Assembly: GCA_039794085.1 (NCBI GenBank) | Contig: JBDIWC010000059.1 | Coordinates: 1-20,793, forward strand | Origin: Gemmatimonadales bacterium | GTDB lineage: Bacteria; Gemmatimonadota; Gemmatimonadetes; Gemmatimonadales; GWC2-71-9 | Direction of reading: 5' to 3' | DNA: 20,793 nucleotides | Part shown: one piece after another, positions 1 to 6,060 of the stretch | How positions within the stretch are numbered: position 1 is the first letter of the stretch | Layout: every line of letters starts with the position of its first letter | The notes under the pieces: generated by a model | Told to the model about the DNA's origin: nothing | Databases searched by the model: none | The model's input: only the letters and a program-made list of their open reading frames with translations | Position numbers and translations under genes: made by a program

Positions 1-34
1 AGGCACGCCCCTCTGCCACCAGGGGGGGGAGAGG

Positions 35-61
35 TTTTGTGCCTTTTGTGCTTCTTGTGGT
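35..61. repeat. 9-mer tandem repeat (TTTTGTGCC-like x3) between two G-run+AGAGGT direct repeats
   Basis: ttttgtgcc/ttttgtgct/tcttgtggt at 35-61, flanked by G7-AGAGGT (22-35) and G12-AGAGGT (69-86). Confidence 0.7.
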
Positions 62-86
62 TGGCTCTGGGGGGGGGGGGAGAGGT

Positions 87-336
87 AGAGGTGCTCCGGC
101 TGGACAGGAACCCCTGCCAAAGCCTGAAGAGCCCAACGGTAAAGCGTCTGGTGAACTCGAGTCGCTGCGCGCCGTGACGGGGCAGGGCCTCTGAACCCAC
201 CCGAACGAGACCGCGGAGGGAGGCACACCGGACCACGAAGGCCAGGTGTCGGGCCGCATCTGGTCTTGGGAGTAGGAACCCCGCAGACCGCGAGCATACC
301 CGGGCAGTATCTGTGGCTCCGAGTGTGTAAGCCTCT
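87..336 (+). ncRNA. Putative structured ncRNA resembling an IS110-family non-coding end (bridge/seek-RNA-like); no recombinase gene in the window
   Basis: No listed ORF. Stems: 112-118/181-187, 161-165/174-178, 206-212/262-268, 225-229/245-249, 281-287/310-316. Three stems have G.U pairs on + that would be A.C on -. The IS110 resemblance is recalled, not searched. Confidence 0.45.
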
Positions 337-361
337 TTGGTTCCGGCTCTGCCGGCCTAGG
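337..361. repeat. Short REP-like palindrome (TTGGTT-CCGGC-TCT-GCCGG-CCTAGG)
   Basis: Perfect CCGGC/GCCGG hairpin at 343-355, abutting the structured segment and the heptamer array. Confidence 0.5.
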
Positions 362-409
362 ACATAGGACATAGGACATGGGACGTAGGACATGGGACGT
401 AGGACATAG
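359..409 (+). repeat. Heptamer tandem array (RGGACRT x7)
   Basis: aggacat aggacat aggacat gggacgt aggacat gggacgt aggacat; same unit as at 3777-3820. Confidence 0.9.
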
Positions 410-500
410 ACCGCCGCACCCCGTGCTGGCGCGGCAGCCCGCCAGGGTGTACTCTTGCTGTCCACATTTTCCGTCACTACCCCCTGCGCTGGAGGTCCGC

Positions 501-1115
501 ATGTCCTCTTCCCACCGTCGTACCCCGGGCGATAACCCGGTTCGCGAGGCACTCGAGCAGGGTCGGGCCCAGGTCGACCTCGATCTGGAGCCGATCGCGG
601 CTGGTGAAAACCGGATGATCGGCATTGCGCTCGCTCCCGCCGCACACTCGACCGTCGACGTGGACGACAGCCGGATGCCCGCGGCCCTCCATGGCAAGGG
701 AGACGACGCCGCCATCCACCACACGATCACGGGGTGGAGTTCGATGCACCCCGACGAAATGAACAAGAGCTGGAAAACGTACTGCACTGATCCTTACTAC
801 CACGTCTCGCCGGCCGGAGTCAAGAGCGTGGATGCTGCCACGATCAAGTCCTGGCTCGGGAGCAAGGAATTCGGCGCCATCAAGGAGCGATTCGGGTACC
901 ACGCGGAGCGGAAGGTGACGATCTCCGACGTGAACATTACCCACCTCGGATCCGGCGTGGCCTGCGCCACGTACCGGCACCGGGAGGAGGGCACCAAGGG
1001 GAGGCCGATCATCGGCAACGGCGCGGTCCTGCTCCACAAGGTGAAGGGCAAGGCGGGGGCGGCACCGAGCTGGAAGATCGCCGTGGTGAGCCGGCACGAC
1101 ACCTTCGAAGCGTAA
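501..1115 (+). CDS. Hypothetical protein (204 aa) with a C-terminal NTF2/SnoaL-like domain and a ~65-aa N-terminal extension; first gene of the YcaO-TfuA operon
   Basis: GGAGG at 491-495 before ATG 501; the ORF-track start at 378 lies inside the repeat. C-terminal pattern 'VTISDVNITHLGSGVACATYR...GAVLLHK...WKIAVVS' fits the NTF2/DUF4440 sheet. Ends 18 nt before ycaO. Confidence 0.7.
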   Translation: MSSSHRRTPGDNPVREALEQGRAQVDLDLEPIAAGENRMIGIALAPAAHSTVDVDDSRMPAALHGKGDDAAIHHTITGWSSMHPDEMNKSWKTYCTDPYYHVSPAGVKSVDAATIKSWLGSKEFGAIKERFGYHAERKVTISDVNITHLGSGVACATYRHREEGTKGRPIIGNGAVLLHKVKGKAGAAPSWKIAVVSRHDTFEA

Positions 1116-1133
1116 GGGACTCCGGTCCGGGAC

Positions 1134-2279
1134 GTGACGCTGCCGGCCGCTCCCACCGCCTCCAAGCGGTATTACCAGGGAACCCACCGGACCCGTCCCC
1201 CCGAGGAGACGTGGGCCGCGATCGCCCCCGTGCTGGAGCGGGTGGGCATCACCCGGGTCGCCGATGTGACGTCGCTGGATTCCCTGGGCATTCCGGTGTA
1301 CCAGGTGGTCCGTCCCGCGAGCCGCAACCTGTCGGTGTCGCAGGGCAAGGCCGTGACCCACGCGGCCGCGCGGGTGAGCGGGACGATGGAAGCCATCGAA
1401 CTCTGGCACGCCGAGAGTCTGGAACACCTGGTTCAGGTTCTGCTCCCCCTCCGGGAAATGCAGTACGCCAATCCGATCGCCGTCGAGACCTTCAAATGGA
1501 GGCCCGACTCGCGCCTCCTCGACACCGTGCCCATGGCCTGGCTCGAAGCCACCTCCCTGACCCGGAACCGGATGGGGTGGCTCCCCCGCCAGATGCTGGA
1601 ACTCGACTTCACGGTGCCGCGGACCCTCCGGCCCCAGCCCTTTCACCTGACCTCCAACGGGCTCGCCTCAGGCAACGGCCGGGAGGAGGCGCTCGTCCAC
1701 TCCCTCTGCGAGCTGATCGAACGGCATGGACTCTACCTGGCCCACACCGGCGCGAGACCCCGGGTGCCGCTGGACCTGGACTCGATCGAGACGGACTACT
1801 GCCTCGACCTGATCCGGAGGATACACGGCGCGGGAATGCGGTGCGCCGCCCATGACCTGACCTGGGAAGTGGGGGTTCCCACGATCGTCGTGGATCTGGT
1901 GGCGCGCGACCTCCCCAACGTGTGGCGGGGCGCGGGGTGTCACCCCGACCCGTCGGTGGCGCTCTCGCGTGCCCTCACCGAGGCGGCCCAGTCCCGGCTC
2001 ACCTACATCTCCGGCGCGCGCGACGACCTCACCCAGTTCTCGGAACACCAGGACCCGGCCGGCGCATTCACCGAGTTCGTGGTCCCCGTGCCCGAGCGGC
2101 GGATGGATGAGATCACCACTCTCGCCAGCGGTGACGTCGAGACGGACCTGGGGCGCCTCCTGGACCGGCTGCACTTGAACGACTACGAGCCGTTCATGGT
2201 GGACCTGACCCGCGACGACGTCGGTGTCCCCGTGGTGATGGCGTGGATCGCGGGACTTCGCGAGGCGCCCTATGGGTGA
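1134..2279 (+). CDS. ycaO: YcaO-family protein, TfuA-associated (thioamide-forming) type
   Basis: GTHR..PEET, GITRVADVT.LD.LGIPV, SQGK, MEAIELWHAE, SNGLASGN..EEA....LCELIER, G.GCH, RALTEAAQSR..YISGARDD. No C-terminal PxPxP tail. Overlaps tfuA by 8 nt. Confidence 0.95.
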   Translation: MTLPAAPTASKRYYQGTHRTRPPEETWAAIAPVLERVGITRVADVTSLDSLGIPVYQVVRPASRNLSVSQGKAVTHAAARVSGTMEAIELWHAESLEHLVQVLLPLREMQYANPIAVETFKWRPDSRLLDTVPMAWLEATSLTRNRMGWLPRQMLELDFTVPRTLRPQPFHLTSNGLASGNGREEALVHSLCELIERHGLYLAHTGARPRVPLDLDSIETDYCLDLIRRIHGAGMRCAAHDLTWEVGVPTIVVDLVARDLPNVWRGAGCHPDPSVALSRALTEAAQSRLTYISGARDDLTQFSEHQDPAGAFTEFVVPVPERRMDEITTLASGDVETDLGRLLDRLHLNDYEPFMVDLTRDDVGVPVVMAWIAGLREAPYG

Positions 2280-3792
2280 GACGATCGTTTTCGCCGGGCC
2301 CTGCCTGCCCTCGACGCCCACCGAGGAGTGGAGCGAACTCCTCTCCGGCGTGACGCTCCGGCCCCCGGCCCAACGCGGCGACATCCTGATGGCACTGGGG
2401 CAACGACCCGACACCCTCGTCATCCTCGATGGGTACTACTACTCGGTTCCGGCGGTGACTCACAAGGAACTGCTCTACGCCCTGCAGAGCGGAACCCGGG
2501 TGATCGGGGCGGCGAGCATGGGCGCGCTCCGGGCCGCCGAGATGGAGCGCTTCGGCATGATCGGCGTGGGGCGGGTCTTCGAGTGGTACCGGGACGGCGT
2601 GGTGGATGGCGACGACGAAGTCGCGATCCTCCATGCCCCCGCACCCTACGCCTACGAGAGCAGCACCGTGGCGCTGGTGGAAGTCCGCCATGCGCTGGAA
2701 CGGCTCGTCGGGCACGGGCTGGTCTCGGCGGAAGGAGCCCGCGGCCTCATCGAGGCCATCAAGCCGATCGTCTTCACGGCCCGGACCCCGGATCGCGTTT
2801 TCGGCCTGGCCGTGGAGCATCTGGGGAAAAAGGGCGCCGAGGAGTTGGGGCGGACGCTGGAGACGGGGAGCATCAAGCGGGATGACGCCCTGCTCGCGCT
2901 GAAGGCCGCCCGGTTGGATCACGTTTCCGCCCAACCGGAACCGCCCCTGGTCACCGTCTACCTCAGCCACTTCCGGGAGTGGTACCTCCGGCTGCCGGAG
3001 CAGGGGAGTGACGGCTGGGCCACGAGCCATCGGACCTTTCTGAAGGGGTGGAATGTGACCCAGATCCTTCATCCCGGGGCCCCGGAGTTCGTGACCGCCA
3101 TGCGGAGGCGGTTCCTGCTGGCGTCGGCCGCGGAGTGTGAGGGCCTGGCTCCGGTGGCGGCGGCGGTGGACAGCGCGCTCACCGGGTTGCGGGCCCATCT
3201 CGCCGGGTCGACGCTCGGTCCCCGTCTCCCGGAAGCGGAGGTGACGGAGGAGGCGAGGGTCCACGCGATGGCGGAGGCGGGGCTGCGGTGCTTCGGCTCG
3301 GTGGATGCCGCGGCCTCGGCGGTCGCGCTCCATCTTGGCCTCGACACCGGGCCCGGAGAGGCCTCGCTCCTGGAGCTGCTCGGAATCCAGGACGACCTGA
3401 TGCCGCCGTGGATGCTGGTGCGGGCCTTCGTCTTTTCGTCGGCGCTGGATGCTGCCATGAGCACCTCCGATGACGCGGCGGAGATCTATCTGGCGTTCAT
3501 CCGCCGGTCGCGGGGTTTCCGGATCGCCGAACGCGAGACGATGGCGCTGGCGGCGGAGCTCTGGTCTTGCGAACCCGACCAGGTGTCGGCGGAGGCGGCC
3601 CGTCGAGGACTGTTCCGGTCGACCCATGCTCACGGCTTTGCCCCGGGGTTCGGTGGTGCGATGGAGTTCCTGGCCCCCGCCGAGCGCATCACGGCGCCCG
3701 TCAACGGCTATGCGGCTCACCGCGCCCGGCTTCGGGACACGCCGTTGGTGCATGTGTTGGCTAGGATAGAGGAGAGAGGACACAGGACGTAG
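2272..3792 (+). CDS. tfuA: TfuA-like protein with a ~290-aa C-terminal extension
   Basis: VFAGP, PPAQRGD, ILDG.Y..VPAV.HKE, GAASMGALRAAE, GMIGVGRVF, DDEVA..H, KRDDA; translationally coupled to ycaO. Confidence 0.95.
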   Translation: MGETIVFAGPCLPSTPTEEWSELLSGVTLRPPAQRGDILMALGQRPDTLVILDGYYYSVPAVTHKELLYALQSGTRVIGAASMGALRAAEMERFGMIGVGRVFEWYRDGVVDGDDEVAILHAPAPYAYESSTVALVEVRHALERLVGHGLVSAEGARGLIEAIKPIVFTARTPDRVFGLAVEHLGKKGAEELGRTLETGSIKRDDALLALKAARLDHVSAQPEPPLVTVYLSHFREWYLRLPEQGSDGWATSHRTFLKGWNVTQILHPGAPEFVTAMRRRFLLASAAECEGLAPVAAAVDSALTGLRAHLAGSTLGPRLPEAEVTEEARVHAMAEAGLRCFGSVDAAASAVALHLGLDTGPGEASLLELLGIQDDLMPPWMLVRAFVFSSALDAAMSTSDDAAEIYLAFIRRSRGFRIAERETMALAAELWSCEPDQVSAEAARRGLFRSTHAHGFAPGFGGAMEFLAPAERITAPVNGYAAHRARLRDTPLVHVLARIEERGHRT

Positions 3793-4082
3793 GACGTAGG
3801 ACATAGGACATAGGACATAAGATGGAGGACTTCGGGAATCTCAGGGGGAGTCATCCCGAACGAAGTGAGGGATCTGAGAACGCTGCTGGGTGTACTCCCC
3901 GACGTCCGCTTTCCGACATTCGCACGTTTCACCCACCGTAACCGGGGACGCGGCCGACGGGAAGTAGACCAACCACCTTCTCAGATCCCTCGCCTGTGGC
4001 TCGGGATGACGCCCCGCGAGGTTCCCGGGGGTCCCATGTCCTAAGTCCTAAGGCCTACGTTGTCTTAACGTCCTAAGTCCTC
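3777..4082. repeat. Composite inverted-repeat element: AGGACRT heptamers, GTCA-type REP, ~95-nt spacer, inverted REP, inverted heptamers (REPIN/MITE-like)
   Basis: gtcatcccgaacgaagtgagggatctgagaa (~3850-3880) vs ttctcagatccctcgcctgtggctcgggatgac (~3978-4010); outer arms gacttcgggaatctc / gaggttcccgggggtc; heptamers AGGACRT on the left and GTCCTAA on the right. Lies between convergent genes. Confidence 0.8.
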
Positions 4083-5105
4083 CCGTCCCCCCCCCGACAC
4101 CCCCGCCCGGTAGAGATACCGCCTCACGCGCCCCGTCTCCACCCACTGCAGACTCCGGGTGGCCTCCCGGATCAACTCACGGACCAGCAGCTCATTCCCC
4201 TCCGCCTCGAACGCGGGTGCCATCTCCTCCGCCACAAGAAGCTGTCGCCGCCAGATCTCGTGCTCGTTCGCGGTGAAATCCCGGGTTGTCACCGAGAGTC
4301 CCCGCGCCGAGAGGGCCCGATGCATCCGGGTTCGCTCCGGGGTCATGGTGCCCGCGTCGGAGGACTGCACGACGTCACTCGCCAGGATGACGAGCTGCCT
4401 GCCCGGGGTGAGACACCGGACCAGGTGCCCCAGTGTGTCGTCCAGGTCGTCCGCCAGGTAGAGGGTGTCGATCGACAGGATGCAGTCGACCGGGGCCGGG
4501 ATCCGGAACGGCCCGGTGAAGTCGGCCACCTGGAACCGGAGACGATCCCGCTTGGCGCGGGTGCGTTGTCGGGCGCGCGCGATGGCCGGTGCGGCGATAT
4601 CCACCCCGGTGATGTGGGCACCCGTGGTGTCCGCCAGGTGTTCGGTGACGATCCCGTTCCCGCATCCGACGTCGAGAATGCGCCCGCCGGCGTTCAACGT
4701 GAGGGCGGCGCGCAGCGCCTCGAGTTGCTCGACGTCCAGCAGGCTGAACTGCCGGAGATCGACGCCGAACACCCGCTCGCAGAACAGACCGTAGGCGGCA
4801 CTTCGTTCGCTTCGGACCAGCCGCGCCCCGAATTCCTCGCTCAGGAGCGCGCGGCGGAGGGGGGTCGCCTGCGCGAGCCCCGACGGAGTGAGGGAACAGG
4901 GGTCGCTTCCCGTGAGGAGGCCATGGTGCTCGAGGGCCTCGAACGCGGTTGACCAATCGGTCAATTCGTCGCCGAAGAGGAGGGGGCCGTGCCGCAGCAT
5001 GGCCTCCCTGGTCGTGGCGATCGGTTCTCCCCAGGCCCAGTCCTGCGGCCGGCGCGTGAGGACCAGCGCCATGATCAGGACCTGCCGTTCCGCGATGGTC
5101 AGCAC
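4065..5105 (-). CDS. Class I SAM-dependent methyltransferase with an N-terminal winged-helix-like segment
   Basis: Motif I ILDVGCGNG, ITGVDI, ADF, DCILSIDTLY, LTPG. N-terminal 'L..HGLL......LTPSG' looks like a wHTH. Start uncertain (GTG 5105 chosen); the track start at 5339 overlaps the divergent gene. Confidence 0.85.
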   Translation of the reverse strand: MLTIAERQVLIMALVLTRRPQDWAWGEPIATTREAMLRHGPLLFGDELTDWSTAFEALEHHGLLTGSDPCSLTPSGLAQATPLRRALLSEEFGARLVRSERSAAYGLFCERVFGVDLRQFSLLDVEQLEALRAALTLNAGGRILDVGCGNGIVTEHLADTTGAHITGVDIAAPAIARARQRTRAKRDRLRFQVADFTGPFRIPAPVDCILSIDTLYLADDLDDTLGHLVRCLTPGRQLVILASDVVQSSDAGTMTPERTRMHRALSARGLSVTTRDFTANEHEIWRRQLLVAEEMAPAFEAEGNELLVRELIREATRSLQWVETGRVRRYLYRAGVSGGGREDLGR

Positions 5106-5220
5106 GTTGGGGCGTGGCCGGGTCCGGGGTGGTCCGGTGGCGGCCGCCTCCGGCCCGGAGTACCATTGAATCCCGCAAACACAGCGGGGCGGCGATTCAT
5201 CATCCTGGGAGGCCTCCGCA

Positions 5221-6060
5221 ATGAAGATTCCGGTCGACCACATCATCACGCCCGGGGGCGCTCGACACAAGTCCCGGGTCCATCGGGTGACGCGCACCGA
5301 TGTGGTGCATGCCAGCGATGGCGCCGTCCATCGCGCCACGCCCGAGGGCGCGGGTGAGAAGCTGGTTTCCCTGGGGCCCCCTCCCGCCGCCGACTCCGGT
5401 TCAGCCGTCGCGTCCGCTCCGCCGGCAGGACCGGGGTGGATTGAATCTGCCGGGTTCGGTTACCCGGATCCGCTGACCGCGTTCCGCGGTTCCTGGGAGG
5501 TGCCGCCTCCGCCGAAGATTCACGATCACCAGGTCGTTTTCCTGTTCATCGGGCTCCAGACCGACCGGAACGACGGCACCGATCTCCTGCAGCCGGTGCT
5601 GCAATGGGGATTCAACGGAACGGAGGGTGGGGACTACTGGGGGATGAGTTGCTGGTATCAACGCGGGGGGTCCGCAGAACCGCAACCACTCCTCGTGACC
5701 GGCAACTACGTCCGGGTCGAGCCGGGCGACAGGATCAACGTGGCGATCGAGCAGGTCTCGTGGCAGGGGATCCCGAGCTGGGAGTGCACCGCGACGGCCG
5801 AACCGTCGGGGACCGCGGCCACGATCCGGGTGAGCCGGACTCCCCGGTTTCGGTGGAGCCACGTCGGTTTGGAGGCCTATCACGCTCCTCCCGAACGCAG
5901 GGGGCTCTACCCCGGGGCGGGGCGCACCGGTTTCACGGGACTGTCGCTGAACTCCACGGGTGCATCGGTGACCCCGGTCTGGGAATCGGAGGTGAGGGTG
6001 CCGGGGACGGGTCGCCGGGTCGAGGTGCAGGGGGCGTCGGCCGTGGAGCTCTGTTACTGA
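5221..6060 (+). CDS. G1 (eqolisin-like) glutamic-peptidase-like / ConA-fold protein
   Basis: GGAGG RBS. 'F.GSWEVP..P....VFLFIGLQ.....LLQPVLQWG...GG.YW...WY' and 'GLEAY' give a candidate Gln/Glu dyad; N-terminal 'ITPGG..H.SRVH' is prosegment-like; no signal peptide seen. Confidence 0.6.
   Translation: MKIPVDHIITPGGARHKSRVHRVTRTDVVHASDGAVHRATPEGAGEKLVSLGPPPAADSGSAVASAPPAGPGWIESAGFGYPDPLTAFRGSWEVPPPPKIHDHQVVFLFIGLQTDRNDGTDLLQPVLQWGFNGTEGGDYWGMSCWYQRGGSAEPQPLLVTGNYVRVEPGDRINVAIEQVSWQGIPSWECTATAEPSGTAATIRVSRTPRFRWSHVGLEAYHAPPERRGLYPGAGRTGFTGLSLNSTGASVTPVWESEVRVPGTGRRVEVQGASAVELCY

Noticed and set aside
87..336. Riboswitch, tRNA, SRP, RNase P or tmRNA
   Set aside because: I could not recognise the conserved motifs of these families by eye; an Rfam cmscan is needed to exclude them formally.
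378..500. N-terminal extension of the 245-aa ORF, or a separate precursor peptide upstream of 501
   Set aside because: It starts inside the heptamer array with no RBS; a strong GGAGG precedes ATG 501.
1134..2279. Azole-forming (TOMM/LAP) or RimO-associated YcaO
   Set aside because: No PxP C-terminus and no E1-like or SagB dehydrogenase partner; direct coupling to TfuA points to thioamidation.
3717..3932. 71-aa minus-strand ORF as a RiPP precursor (SYVLC repeats)
   Set aside because: The repeats are translated heptamer/REP sequence, antisense to the end of tfuA, with no RBS.
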